Source: Macrostomum hystrix
Lineage: Eukaryota > Animalia > Platyhelminthes
Length of the DNA stretch: 64,000 bases
Reading direction: 5' to 3'
Assembly: GCA_950097015.1 (NCBI GenBank)
Contig: CATNEN010000003.1
Coordinates: forward strand, 2,728,001 to 2,792,000
The notes under the pieces were generated by a model that was not told the origin of the DNA, ran no database searches, and worked only from the letters and a program-made list of their open reading frames with translations. This document shows positions 36,526 to 50,269 of the stretch, piece by piece. The position numbers and the translations under genes were made by a program. Each line of letters starts with the position of its first letter. Positions within the stretch are counted from its first letter, which is position 1.

Positions 36526-37292
36526 GTTTTAAGCAGAAGTAGTTGGTAATCGTTAAGGGTCGACTTATGAAATATTTAAACAATGAAATATTTATGCTGT
36601 TGTGTGTCTTTAATTAGGTTTAATATTATGTATATTCGCATTCATTATTGAGCTTGGGGAAAATGTTACAGTTTGGGCACATAAAATAGAATATTTAATG
36701 ATGTCCTCAAATAAAAAACGGTTTCATCTTCAAGTCACTTTTTTCAATCTGACAATATTTAACATTGTTAACCACCGCCCTGAAAGTCGTAAAACTCACC
36801 AGAAGAAATGTTACTCGGGCAACAACAAAAAAACATAATCCAGTCAAAGGACTGAATGGTTGCTATGCGCTAATTACTCATAAATCTGAATTGAATTAAA
36901 GCAGTTAATAAATCAACTATATATTGGCGCCATGGCTATCTCTTCATATGCTTTTATTTAGAGGTGCAAGTATATGCGCAGTGAAGTAATGCAAAATTGT
37001 GGGATAAATTTATATACGATTGTCTTTGCAAGATCAGACTGATCTAGATGCCATCAAGTGATAAGATAACAGACTTCTTGTCAGGTTGAAGTTACATAAT
37101 ATTGCTTAATATTTTTTACGCTTCTACAGTTTAGCCAACTGATAAGAAAATCTAGGTCAAATAAGGAGTTGAAATAGTTCTTTGTCATTGATATCATTGA
37201 CAGCATTATTTGCATTGGGATAACTGGTGCATTGTTGGCGGTACAAATTATATAGTGCCATTATTACCGATCTTAAATACACAATTTAAAAT

Positions 37293-38630
37293 GGGATTGT
37301 GAAGGAGATTGTGAAGGGGATTGTGAAGGGGATTGTGAATGAGATTGTGAAGGGGATTGTGAAGGGGATTGTGAAGGGGATTGTTAATGAGATTGTGAAG
37401 GGGATTGTGAAGGGGATTGTGAAGGAGATTGTGAAGGGGATTGTGAAGGGGATTGTGAAGGGGATTGTGAAGGGGATTGTGAAGGGGATTGCGAAGGAGA
37501 TTGTGAAGGGGATTGTGAAGGGGATTGTGAAGGGGATTGTGAAGGAGATTGTGAAGGGGATTGTGAAGGGGATTGTGAAGGGGATTGTGAAGGGGATTGT
37601 GAAGGGGATTGCGAAGGAGATTGTGAAGGGGATTGTGAAGGCGGTTGTGAAGGCGGTTGTGAAGGAGATTGTGAAGGCGGTTGTGAAGGGGATTGTGAAG
37701 GAGATTGTGAAGGGGATTGTGAAGGGGATTGTGAAGGGGATTGTGAAGGGGATTGTGAAGGGGATTGTGAATGAGATTGTGAAGGGGATTGTGAAGGGGA
37801 TTGTGAAGGGGATTGTGAATGAGATTGTGAAGGGGATTGTGAAGGGGATTGTGAAGGGGATTGTGAATGAGATTGTGAAGGGGATTGTGAAGGGGATTGG
37901 GAAGGAGATTGTGAATGAGATTGTGAAGGGGATTGTGAAGGGGATTGTGAAGGGGATTGTGAATGAGATTGTGAAGGGGATTGTGAAGGGGATTGTGAAG
38001 GGTATTGTGAAGGAGATTGTGAAGGGGATTGTGAAGGGGATTGTGAAGGGGATTGTTAATGAGATTGTCAAGGGGATTGTGAAGGGGATTGTGAAGGGGA
38101 TTGTGAAGGGGATTGTGAAGGCGGTTGTGAAGGCGGTTGTGAAGGGGATTGTGAAGGGGATTGTTAATGAGATTGTCAAGGGGATTGTGAAGGGGATTGT
38201 GAAGGCGGTTGTGAAGGCGGTTGTGAAGGAGATTGTGAAGGCGGTTGTGAAGGGGATTGTGAAGGGGATTGTGAAGGGAATTGTGAATGAGATTGTGAAG
38301 GAGATTGTGAAGGGGATTGTGAATGAGATTGTGAAGGGGATTGTGAAGGGGATTGTGAAGGAGATTGTGAAGGGGATTGTGAATGAGATTGTGAAGGGGA
38401 TTGTGAAGGAGATTGTGAATGAAATTGTCAAGGGGATTGTGAAGGGGATTGTGAAGGGAATTGTGAAGGGGATTGTGAAGGAGATTGTGAAGGGGATTGT
38501 GAATCAGATTGTGAAGGGGATTGTGAAGGGGATTGTGAAGGGGATTGTGAAGGGGATTGTAAAGGGGATTGTGAAGGGGATTGTGAAGGGGATTGTGAAA
38601 GAAGTTGTGAAGGGGATTGTGAAAGGGACT
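37293..38630. repeat. 12-bp minisatellite GATTGTGAAGGG
   Basis: Direct reading; yields (GIVK)n and (TIPF)n pseudo-ORFs. Confidence 0.95.
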
Positions 38631-39705
38631 GTGTGGGCTATTAAGAAGGACATAATGACGATTTTAAAGATTTAAAATTAAAAATTGAATTTTTGAAGGA
38701 GATTGGGAACTAGATTTCGAAGTACATTGTGAACTAGATTTCGAAGTACATTGTGAAAGGTTTGTAAAGGTGACTAAGAAGAAACTGTATAGGGAATTTT
38801 GACCGGAGTTGTGAAAGACGATACGATACTTAAGCTTCAACCGAGAAGTCGATGAAATGTTTAATAATCCTACCATATACTAGCAGGTATACTTGCTCAC
38901 AATAAACCTAATGCACATTAATGCAGTAAGCAATGGTTATTAATGCAATACTTACACTGGACGAAGCCATCGTGAAGAGCGGAACCGAGCAAATAAAAAT
39001 CCAGTATAATATTAGTAGCAGATCTTTGTTTAACAAATGTTCTATCACCGGGGCAAAAAATGAAAATAACTATATGCAAGCCAACGGACCTGGGAAATGG
39101 AACTGTATGAGTTTAAAAGGTTATATAATAATACTTACAAGCTAACCCTCACACACACGCAGAGGGAACACTCACGATTTGAGGGCATTGGCCGGGTTCA
39201 AAATCGCGCGAGAGACACACAGGGGAGGGTGGGGAGAGAGATAGAGCAGGGGTCAAATGAGGTAACCTGCCTGCCTGGGGGTTGGTCGCGGGTCGTTGAA
39301 GGAACCCTCACACTCTCGCACCCACCCCACCTCCGCCATCGCCGGAGTGGGTGGGAGTGGGGTAGAGGGGGGACGCATTTTCTAGAGCCAGTCCCGAAGC
39401 CAGTCGGTTGTCCTCGAATGAACCAAACGACTGGGCCGAAGAAAATCTAAAAATAGAAGAATCCGACCATGCTACCTACCCCGAAGCAAGTCCCGTGGCA
39501 TCGGGCCTCTCTTCAGCGAGATTTAGCGACGAGAACATTTTTGTAAAAGTTCAACGCGTTGCCAAAATGCGGACTGGGATTGACCTTTGGGGACATTGTC
39601 TTCTACTGGCGCAGAGAAACATGATTTATTTGGCTGAGAAATATCATTTATAGACGCATGTCCAAGGTTCAATAGCGCTTTCTATTTTCTTTTTCAAAGC
39701 GATTA

Positions 39706-42700
39706 TCTAGTCTGGGGAGTTGTTAAAGAGCAGATTCTCTAATCTCTAGTCTGGGGAGTTGTTAAAGAGCCGATTCTCTAATCTCTAGTCTGGGGAGTTG
39801 TTAAAGAGCCGATTCTCTAATCTCTAGTCTGGGGAGTTGTTAAAGAGCCGATTCTCTAATCTCTAGTCTAGGGAGTTGTTAAAGAGCAGATTCTCTAATC
39901 TCTAGTCTGGGGAGTTGTTAAAGAGCAGATTCTCTAATCTCTAGTCTGGGGAGTTGTTAAAGAGCCGATTCTCTAATCTCTAGTCTGGGGAGTTGTTAAA
40001 GAGCAGATTCTCTAATCTCTAGTCTGGGGAGTTGTTAAAGAGCCGATTCTCTAATCTCTAGTCTGGGGAGTTGTTAAAGAGCCGATTCTCTAATCTCTAG
40101 TCTGGGGAGTTGTTAAAGAGCCGATTCTCTAATCTCTAGTCTGGGGAGTTGTTAAAGAGCCGATTCTCTAATCTCTAGTCTGGGGAGTTGTTAAAGAGCC
40201 GATTCTCTAATCTCTAGTCTGGGGAGTTGTTAAAGAGTCGATTCTCTAATCTCTAGTCTGGGGAGTTGTTAAAGAGCCGATTCTCTAATCTCTAGTCTGG
40301 GGAGTTGTTAAAGAGCCGATTCTCTAATCTCTAGTCTGGGGAGTTGTTAAAGAGCCGATTCTCTAATCTCTAGTCTGGGGAGTTGTTAAAGAGCCGATTC
40401 TCTAATCTCTAGTCTGGGGAGTTGTTAAAGAGCCGATTCTCTAATCTCTAGTCTGGGGAGTTGTTAAAGAGCCGATTCTCTAATCTCTAGTCTGGGGAGT
40501 TGTTAAAGAGCCGATTCTCTAATCTCTAGTCTGGGGAGTTGTTAAAGAGCCGATTCTCTAATCTCTAGTCTGGGGAGTTGTTAAAGAGCAGATTCTCTAA
40601 TCTCTAGTCTGGGGAGTTGTTAAAGAGCAGATTCTCTAATCTCTAGTCTGGGGAGTTGTTAAAGAGCAGATTCTCTAATCTCTAGTCTGGGGAGTTGTTA
40701 AAGAGCCGATTATCTAATCTCTAGTCTGGGGAGTTGTTAAAGAGCAGATTCTCTAATCTCTAGTCTGGGGAGTTGTTAAAGAGCCGATTCTCTAATCTCT
40801 AGTCTGGGGAGTTGTTAAAGAGCCGATTCTCTAATCTCTAGTCTGGGGAGTTGTTAAAGAGCCGATTCTCTAATCTCTAGTCTGGGGAGTTGTTAAAGAG
40901 CCGATTCTCTAATCTCTAGTCTAGGGAGTTGTTAAAGAGCCGATTCTCTAATCTCTAGTCTGGGGAGTTGTTAAAGAGCCGATTCTCTAATCTCTAGTCT
41001 GGGGAGTTGTTAAAGAGCCGATTCTCTAATCTCTAGTCTGGGGAGTTGTTAAAGAGCCGATTCTCTAATCTCTAGTCTGGGGAGTTGTTAAAGAGCCGAT
41101 TCTCTAATCTCTAGTCTGGGGAGTTGTTAAAGAGCAGATTCTCTAATCTCTAGTCTGGGGAGTTGTTAAAGAGCCGATTCTCTAATCTCTAGTCTGGGGA
41201 GTTGTTAAAGAGCCGATTATCTAATCTCTAGTCTGGGGAGTTGTTAAAGAGCCGATTCTCTAATCTCTAGTCTGGGGAGTTGTTAAAGAGCCGATTCTCT
41301 AATCTCTAGTCTGGGGAGTTGTTAAAGAGCCGATTCTCTAATCTCTAGTCTGGGGAGTTGTTAAAGAGCCGATCCTCTAATCTCTAGTCTGGGGAGTTGT
41401 TAAAGAAGCCGATTCTCTAATCTCTAGTCTGGGGAGTTGTTAAAGAGCCGATTATCTAATCTCTAGTCTGGGGAGTTGTTAAAGAGCAGATTCTCTAATC
41501 TCTAGTCTGGGGAGTTGTTAAAGAGCAGATTCTCTAATCTCTAGTCTGGGGAGTTGTTAAAGAGCAGATTCTCTAATCTCTAGTCTGGGGAGTTGTTAAA
41601 GAGCAGATTCTCTAATCTCTAGTCTGGGGAGTTGTTAAAGAGCCGATTCTCTAATCTCTAGTCTGGGGAGTTGTTAAGGAGCCGATTCTCTAATCTCTAG
41701 TCTGGGGAGTTGTTAAAGAGCCGATTCTCTAATCTCTAGTCTGGGGAGTTGTTAAAGAGCCGATTCTCTAATCTCTAGTCTGGGGAGTTGTTAAGGAGCC
41801 GATTATCTAATCTCTAGTCTGGGGAGTTGTTAAAGAGCCGATTCTCTAATCTCTAGTCTGGGGAGTTGTTAAAGAGCCGATTCTCTAATCTCTAGTCTGG
41901 GGAGTTGTTAAAGAGCCGATTCTCTAATCTCTAGTCTGGGGAGTTGTTAAAGAGCAGATTCTCTAATCTCTAGTCTGGGGAGTTGTTAAAGAGCAGATTC
42001 TCTAATCTCTAGTCTGGGGAGTTGTTAAAGAGCCGATTATCTAATCTCTAGTCTAGGGAGTTGTTAAAGAGCAGATTCTCTAATCTCTAGTCTGGGGAGT
42101 TGTTAAAGAGCCGATTCTCTAATCTCTAGTCTGGGGAGTTGTTAAAGAGCAGATTCTCTAATCTCTAGTCTGGGGAGTTGTTAAAGAGCCGATTCTCTAA
42201 TCTCTAGTCTGGGGAGTTGTTAAAGAGCCGATTATCTAATCTCTAGTCTGGGGAGTTGTTAAAGAGCAGATTCTCTAATCTCTAGTCTGGGGAGTTGTTA
42301 AAGAGCCGATTCTCTAATCTCTAGTCTGGGGAGTTGTTAAAGAGCCGATTCTCTAATCTCTAGTCTGGGGAGTTGTTAAAGAGCCGATTATCTAATCTCT
42401 AGTCTGGGGAGTTGTTAAAGAGCCGATTCTCTAATCTCTAGTCTGGGGAGTTGTTAAAGAGCCGATTCTCTAATCTGTAGTCTGGGGAGTTGTTAAAGAG
42501 CCGATTCTCTAATCTCTAGTCTGGGGAGTTGTTAAAGAGCCGATTATCTAATCTCTAGTCTGGGGAGTTGTTAAAGAGCCGATTCTCTAATCTCTAGTCT
42601 GGGGAGTTGTTAAAGAGCCGATTCTCTAATCTCTAGTCTGGGGAGTTGTTAAAGAGCCGATTCTCTAATCTCTAGTCTGGGGAGTTGTTAAAGAGCCGAT

Positions 42701-45700
42701 TATCTAATCTCTAGTCTGGGGAGTTGTTAAAGAGCCGATTATCTAATCTCTAGTCTGGGGAGTTGTTAAAGAGCAGATTCTCTAATCTCTAGTCTGGGGA
42801 GTTGTTAAAGAGCCGATTCTCTAATCTCTAGTCTGGGGAGTTGTTAAAGAGCCGATTCTCTAATCTCTAGTCTGGGGAGTTGTTAAAGAGCCGATTCTCT
42901 AATCTCTAGTCTGGGGAGTTGTTAAAGAGCAGATTCTCTAATCTCTAGTCTGGGGAGTTGTTAAAGAGCCGATTCTCTAATCTCTAGTCTGGGGAGTTGT
43001 TAAAGAGCCGATTCTCTAATCTCTAGTCTGGGGAGTTGTTAAAGAGCAGATTCTCTAATCTCTAGTCTGGGGAGTTGTTAAAGAGCAGATTCTCTAATCT
43101 CTAGTCTGGGGAGTTGTTAAAGAGCCGATTCTCTAATCTCTAGTCTGGGGAGTTGTTAAAGAGCCGATTCTCTAATCTCTAGTCTGGGGAGTTGTTAAAG
43201 AGCCGATTCTCTAATCTCTAGTCTGGGGAGTTGTTAAAGAGCCGATTCTCTAATCTCTAGTCTGGGGAGTTGTTAAAGAGCCGATTCTCTAATCTCTAGT
43301 CTGGGGAGTTGTTAAAGAGCCGATTATCTAATCTCTAGTCTGGGGAGTTGTTAAAGAGCCGATTCTCTAATCTCTAGTCTGGGGAGTTGTTAAAGAGCCG
43401 ATTATCTAATCTCTAGTCTGGGGAGTTGTTAAAGAGCCGATTCTCTAATCTCTAGTCTGGGGAGTTGTTAAAGAGCCGATTATCTAATCTCTAGTCTGGG
43501 GAGTTGTTAAAGAGCCGATTCTCTAATCTCTAGTCTGGGGAGTTGTTAAAGAGCAGATTCTCTAATCTCTAGTCTGGGGAGTTGTTAAAGAGCAGATTCT
43601 CTAATCTCTAGTCTGGGGAGTTGTTAAAGAGCCGATTCTCTAATCTCTAGTCTAGGGAGTTGTTAAAGAGCAGATTCTATAATCTCTAGTCTAGGGAGTT
43701 GTTAAAGAGCCGATTCTCTAATCTCTAGTCTGGGGAGTTGTTAAAGAGCCGATTCTCTAATCTCTAGTCTGGGGAGTTGTTAAAGAGCCGATTCTCTAAT
43801 CTCTAGTCTGGGGAGTTGTTAAAGAGCCGATTCTCTAATCTCTAGTCTGGGGAGTTGTTAAAGAGCCGATTCTCTAATCTCTAGTCTGGGGAGTTGTTAA
43901 AGAGCCGATTCTCTAATCTCTAGTCTGGGGAGTTGTTAAAGAGCCGATTCTCTAATCTCTAGTCTGGGGAGTTGTTAAAGAGCCGATTCTCTAATCTCTA
44001 GTCTGGGGAGTTGTTAAAGAGCCGATTCTCTAATCTCTAGTCTGGGGAGTTGTTAAAGAGCCGATTCTCTAATCTCTAGTCTGGGGAGTTGTTAAAGAGC
44101 AGATTCTCTAATCTCTAGTCTGGGGAGTTGTTAAAGAGCAGATTCTCTAATCTCTAGTCTGGGGAGTTGTTAAAGAGCAGATTCTCTAATCTCTAGTCTG
44201 GGGAGTTGTTAAAGAGCCGATTATCTAATCTCTAGTCTGGGGAGTTGTTAAAGAGCAGATTCTCTAATCTCTAGTCTGGGGAGTTGTTAAAGAGCCGATT
44301 CTCTAATCTCTAGTCTGGGGAGTTGTTAAAGAGCCGATTCTCTAATCTCTAGTCTGGGGAGTTGTTAAAGAGCCGATTCTCTAATCTCTAGTCTGGGGAG
44401 TTGTTAAAGAGCCGATTCTCTAATCTCTAGTCTAGGGAGTTGTTAAAGAGCCGATTCTCTAATCTCTAGTCTGGGGAGTTGTTAAAGAGCCGATTCTCTA
44501 ATCTCTAGTCTGGGGAGTTGTTAAAGAGCCGATTCTCTAATCTCTAGTCTGGGGAGTTGTTAAAGAGCCGATTCTCTAATCTCTAGTCTGGGGAGTTGTT
44601 AAAGAGCCGATTCTCTAATCTCTAGTCTGGGGAGTTGTTAAAGAGCAGATTCTCTAATCTCTAGTCTGGGGAGTTGTTAAAGAGCCGATTCTCTAATCTC
44701 TAGTCTGGGGAGTTGTTAAAGAGCCGATTATCTAATCTCTAGTCTGGGGAGTTGTTAAAGAGCCGATTCTCTAATCTCTAGTCTGGGGAGTTGTTAAAGA
44801 GCCGATTCTCTAATCTCTAGTCTGGGGAGTTGTTAAAGAGCCGATTCTCTAATCTCTAGTCTGGGGAGTTGTTAAAGAGCCGATCCTCTAATCTCTAGTC
44901 TGGGGAGTTGTTAAAGAGCCGATTCTCTAATCTCTAGTCTGGGGAGTTGTTAAAGAGCCGATTCTCTAATCTCTAGTCTGGGGAGTTGTTAAAGAAGCCG
45001 ATTCTCTAATCTCTAGTCTGGGGAGTTGTTAAAGAGCCGATTATCTAATCTCTAGTCTGGGGAGTTGTTAAAGAGCAGATTCTCTAATCTCTAGTCTGGG
45101 GAGTTGTTAAAGAGCAGATTCTCTAATCTCTAGTCTGGGGAGTTGTTAAAGAGCAGATTCTCTAATCTCTAGTCTGGGGAGTTGTTAAAGAGCAGATTCT
45201 CTAATCTCTAGTCTGGGGAGTTGTTAAAGAGCCGATTCTCTAATCTCTAGTCTGGGGAGTTGTTAAGGAGCCGATTCTCTAATCTCTAGTCTGGGGAGTT
45301 GTTAAAGAGCCGATTCTCTAATCTCTAGTCTGGGGAGTTGTTAAAGAGCCGATTCTCTAATCTCTAGTCTGGGGAGTTGTTAAGGAGCCGATTATCTAAT
45401 CTCTAGTCTGGGGAGTTGTTAAAGAGCCGATTCTCTAATCTCTAGTCTGGGGAGTTGTTAAAGAGCCGATTCTCTAATCTCTAGTCTGGGGAGTTGTTAA
45501 AGAGCCGATTCTCTAATCTCTAGTCTGGGGAGTTGTTAAAGAGCAGATTCTCTAATCTCTAGTCTGGGGAGTTGTTAAAGAGCAGATTCTCTAATCTCTA
45601 GTCTGGGGAGTTGTTAAAGAGCCGATTATCTAATCTCTAGTCTAGGGAGTTGTTAAAGAGCAGATTCTCTAATCTCTAGTCTGGGGAGTTGTTAAAGAGC

Positions 45701-48122
45701 CGATTCTCTAATCTCTAGTCTGGGGAGTTGTTAAAGAGCAGATTCTCTAATCTCTAGTCTGGGGAGTTGTTAAAGAGCCGATTCTCTAATCTCTAGTCTG
45801 GGGAGTTGTTAAAGAGCCGATTATCTAATCTCTAGTCTGGGGAGTTGTTAAAGAGCAGATTCTCTAATCTCTAGTCTGGGGAGTTGTTAAAGAGCCGATT
45901 CTCTAATCTCTAGTCTGGGGAGTTGTTAAAGAGCCGATTCTCTAATCTCTAGTCTGGGGAGTTGTTAAAGAGCCGATTATCTAATCTCTAGTCTGGGGAG
46001 TTGTTAAAGAGCCGATTCTCTAATCTCTAGTCTGGGGAGTTGTTAAAGAGCCGATTCTCTAATCTGTAGTCTGGGGAGTTGTTAAAGAGCCGATTCTCTA
46101 ATCTCTAGTCTGGGGAGTTGTTAAAGAGCCGATTATCTAATCTCTAGTCTGGGGAGTTGTTAAAGAGCCGATTCTCTAATCTCTAGTCTGGGGAGTTGTT
46201 AAAGAGCAGATTCTCTAATCTCTAGTCTGGGGAGTTGTTAAAGAGCCGATTCTCTAATCTCTAGTCTGGGGAGTTGTTAAAGAGCCGATTATCTAATCTC
46301 TAGTCTGGGGAGTTGTTAAAGAGCCGATTATCTAATCTCTAGTCTGGGGAGTTGTTAAAGAGCAGATTCTCTAATCTCTAGTCTGGGGAGTTGTTAAAGA
46401 GCCGATTCTCTAATCTCTAGTCTGGGGAGTTGTTAAAGAGCCGATTCTCTAATCTCTAGTCTGGGGAGTTGTTAAAGAGCCGATTCTCTAATCTCTAGTC
46501 TGGGGAGTTGTTAAAGAGCAGATTCTCTAATCTCTAGTCTGGGGAGTTGTTAAAGAGCAGATTCTCTAATCTCTAGTCTGGGGAGTTGTTAAAGAGCCGA
46601 TTCTCTAATCTCTAGTCTGGGGAGTTGTTAAAGAGCAGATTCTCTAATCTCTAGTCTGGGGAGTTGTTAAAGAGCCGATTCTCTAATCTCTAGTCTGGGG
46701 AGTTGTTAAAGAGCCGATTCTCTAATCTCTAGTCTGGGGAGTTGTTAAAGAGCAGATTCTCTAATCTCTAGTCTGGGGAGTTGTTAAAGAGCAGATTCTC
46801 TAATCTCTAGTCTGGGGAGTTGTTAAAGAGCCGATTCTCTAATCTCTAGTCTGGGGAGTTGTTAAAGAGCCGATTCTCTAATCTCTAGTCTGGGGAGTTG
46901 TTAAAGAGCCGATTCTCTAATCTCTAGTCTGGGGAGTTGTTAAAGAGCCGATTCTCTAATCTCTAGTCTGGGGAGTTGTTAAAGAGCCGATTCTCTAATC
47001 TCTAGTCTGGGGAGTTGTTAAAGAGCCGATTCTCTAATCTCTAGTCTGGGGAGTTGTTAAAGAGCCGATTCTCTAATCTCTAGTCTGGGGAGTTGTTAAA
47101 GAGCAGATTCTCTAATCTCTAGTCTGGGGAGTTGTTAAAGAGCCGATTCTCTAATCTCTAGTCTGGGGAGTTGTTAAAGAGCAGATTCTCTAATCTCTAG
47201 TCTGGGGAGTTGTTAAAGAGCAGATTCTCTAATCTCTAGTCTGGGGAGTTGTTAAAGAGCAGATTCTCTAATCTCTAGTCTGGGGAGTTGTTAAAGAGCA
47301 GATTCTCTAATCTCTAGTCTGGGGAGCTGTTAAAGAGCAGATTCTCTAATCTCTAGTCTGGGGAGTTGTTAAAGAGCCGATTCTCTAATCTCTAGTCTGG
47401 GGAGTTGTTAAAGAGCAGATTCTCTAATCTCTAGTCTGGGGAGTTGTTAAAGAGCCGATTCTATAATCTCTAGTCTGGGGAGTTGTTAAAGAGCCGATTA
47501 TCTAATCTCTAGTCTGGGGAGTTGTTAAAGAGCCGATTCTCTAATCTCTAGTCTGGGGAGTTGTTAAAGAGCCGATTCTCTAATCTCTAGTCTGGGGAGT
47601 TGTTAAAGAGCCGATTCTCTAATCTGTAGTCTGGGGAGTTGTTAAAGAGCCGATTCTCTAATCTCTAGTCTGGGGAGTTGTTAAAGAGCAGATTCTCTAA
47701 TCTCTAGTCTGGGGAGTTGTTAAAGAGCAGATTCTCTAATCTCTAGTCTGGGGAGTTGTTAAAGAGCAGATTCTCTAATCTCTAGTCTGGGGAGTTGTTA
47801 AAGAGCCGATTCTCTAATCTCTAGTCTGGGGAGTTGTTAAAGAGCCGATTCTCTAATCTCTAGTCTGGGGAGTTGTTAAAGAGCCGATTCTCTAATCTCT
47901 AGTCTGGGGAGTTGTTAAAGAGCCGATTCTCTAATCTCTAGTCTGGGGAGTTGTTAAAGAGCAGATTCTCTAATCTCTAGTCTGGGGAGTTGTTAAAGAG
48001 CCGATTCTCTAATCTCTAGTCTGGGGAGTTGTTAAAGAGCCGATTCTCTAATCTCTAGTCTGGGGAGTTGTTAAAGAGCAGATTCTCTAATCTCTAGTCT
48101 GGGGAGTTGTTAAAGAAGCAGA
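39706..48122. repeat. 39-bp satellite (about 215 copies, 8.4 kb)
   Basis: Unit TCTAGTCTGGGGAGTTGTTAAAGAGC(C/A)GATTCTCTAATC. Confidence 0.98.
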
Positions 48123-48387
48123 TTTTCAGCATTTTTAAAACACTGTGCAGCATTTCTTCAAGACTTTCAAAGAAACAATGCAGCGATAAAAAAATAAAGT
48201 CTATATTATTTATAAGTCGAGAAGACAGGCAAATGTGTGGAAGTAACGAGTTTAGAAAATCTTTAGAAAAAGTAAAAAAATAATTTTCCGATTTATTTGA
48301 AGTCCTAAAAAATAAGTACATGTAAAAATGTATCACAACTTTGAACAAAAAATTCGGACGGAAATATGCTAAATATGCTTCTGTAAA

Positions 48388-48940
48388 AACGATTCTCTAA
48401 GTGCTTTTAGGACGATTCTCAAGGTAATTTTAGGACGATTCTAAGGTGTTTTTAGGACGATTCTCAATGTGTTTTTAGGACGTTTCTTAAGATTTTTAGG
48501 ACGATTCTCAATGTAATTTTAGGACGATTCTCAATGTAATTTTAGGACGATTCTCAAGGTGTTTTAGGAAGATTCTCAATGTAATTTTAGGACGATTCTC
48601 AAGGTGTTTTAGGACGAATCTCAAGGTGTTTTAGGAAGATTCTCAATGTAATTTTAGGACGATTCTCAAGATGTTTTTAGGACGATTCTTAGGGTATATT
48701 AGGACGATTCTCAGGGTATTTTTAGGACGATTCTCAAGGTGTTTTTAGGACGATTCTTAGGGTATATTAGGACGATTCTCAGGGTGTTTTTAGGACGATT
48801 CTCAATGTGTTTTTAGGACGATTCTCAATGTGTTTTTAGGACGATTCTCAAGGTGTTTTTAGGACGATTCTCAATGTGTTTTTAGGACGATTCTTAAGGA
48901 ATTTTTAGGACGATTCTAAAGGTATTTTAGGACGATTCCC
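48388..48940. repeat. ~22-23-bp minisatellite TTTTAGGACGATTCTCAAGGTGT
   Basis: Direct reading. Confidence 0.92.
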
Positions 48941-49222
48941 AGATTAAACTGATAATTCGATACGGGTGCATATAAAATATAGAAAATAAGGCAAATTCTA
49001 ATTCGATCGATCGATCAGTTAAAAAACGACAACGATATGTACACATATTTAAATAAGCTAAAGTACACATAATTCTTAGAAAATCATTAGATCAGCAAGC
49101 TATTATACGTGATATCTTTTAAAGCGATAGACTGTTATGCTAGAAACAGGTGAAAAAAAGTTAATTCCGCACCAAGCGCTTCAATTCTGGGGAATATCCG
49201 CATGGCAAGTACTTCGGGAACT

Positions 49223-49421
49223 TCAGGAAGCAGCTGCTCGACGACTCCGCTGAATCAGAGCTGCCTCGATGGCTTCGGCGGCTCCGACCGGCTCGTCGTC
49301 GGGTCGACGCTGGCTCTCGCGCAGGATGAGGTCGGCGAGACGGGCGACCTCGCTTCGGTCGGCAAGGAGGGCGTCGCGAGCCCGATCGAGAGACCGAGAA
49401 TGTTCGATGTGGCGCTTGTGC
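49223..49421 (-). CDS. FAM227A: FAM227-family terminal exon
   Basis: AAG acceptor in phase 2, HKRHIEHSRSLDRARDALLADRSEVARLADLIL... to TGA. Confidence 0.65.
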
Positions 49422-49429
49422 CTTCGGGG

Positions 49430-49645
49430 CAAGTAGAAAGACAGGTAGAAGAACAGGTAAGAAAAGTAGAACAACAGGTAAGACAGGTAAAAGAACAGGT
49501 AAGACAGGTTGAAGAACAGGTAAGACAGGTTGAAGAGCAGGTAAGACAGGTAAGACAGGTAGAAGAACAGGTAAAACTGGTAGAAGAACAGGTAAGACTG
49601 GTAGAAGAACAGGTAAGACAGGTTGAAGAACAGGTAAGACAGGCA
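49430..49645. repeat. 21-bp minisatellite ACAGGTAGAAGAACAGGTAAG filling the last FAM227 intron
   Basis: Direct reading. Confidence 0.9.
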
Positions 49646-49665
49646 GCAGGACACGTCGAACTCAC

Positions 49666-49940
49666 TGAGTCACCAGTGTCGATTCGTTTCGCCTTCGCCG
49701 ATGCCTGAAGGCGGCAGCGCGAGCCGCCTGCTCGGCGGAGTTGGCGGCCAGAATCTCGGCGTAGGTTGGCGCGTCAGCAGGCGGCGGATCTCGCAGCTCC
49801 AGCCGGCTGACCAGCGAGTCGGTACCGGCCTCGGTCAGGAGGCGGTGCCGGCCGAGGAACTGCCGAATCATTGGCGATCGGCCGTTGGTGTTGAAGACCA
49901 ACTGGCGCTCGGATGGACCGGGGCCCAACGGATGGGATTC
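49666..49940 (-). CDS. FAM227A: FAM227-family exon 10
   Basis: ESHPLGPGP...VFNTNGRSPMIRQFL...PTYAEIL; donor CA|GTGAGT in phase 2. Confidence 0.8.
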
Positions 49941-50020
49941 CTGACAGTTATTAGTTTAGGGATTAGAGAGGATTTGGGATTAAGGGATTAGTTGTTTTAA
50001 GCAAGGACAGTAAGACAGAC

Positions 50021-50111
50021 CCTGACTGGCGGTTTGCGAGCAGATACGGATTTGGCAAACGACTGAGCAGTTAGATTAGTGGCTTTCGAGCGACTCAGCA
50101 TCAGGGACTGC

Positions 50112-50146
<35 letters not shown>

Positions 50147-50259
50147 AATGCTGACTGCCGATTTGGCAGCCTCACCAGCCAGCGGTGACGTTACTGTATC
50201 GACGCCAGTGGCCGATGCGTCACTCTGAACTAGAGCCTTGTCTAGCAGCTGAAATGTGT
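50021..50259 (-). CDS. FAM227A: FAM227-family exon 9 (contains poly-Q)
   Basis: CGCAG acceptor, open frame with CAG tract, phase 1 to 0. Confidence 0.7.
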
Positions 50260-50269
50260 CTGCGGGGAA

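Noticed and set aside
36799-36835. ATG-containing first exon for the KCTD gene (MFFCCCPSNISS)
   Set aside because: Ends in phase 1, while the available acceptors of the BTB exon are phase 0 or 2
37299-38675. 458-aa (GIVK)n ORF and antisense (TIPF)n ORF as structural proteins
   Set aside because: A 12-bp unit without stops is open by construction; GTG start, no splice or unique-domain support
49202-49708. Plus-strand coiled-coil-like ORF (QVEEQVR)n
   Set aside because: Antisense to FAM227 exons; the heptad pattern comes from the 21-bp intronic repeat
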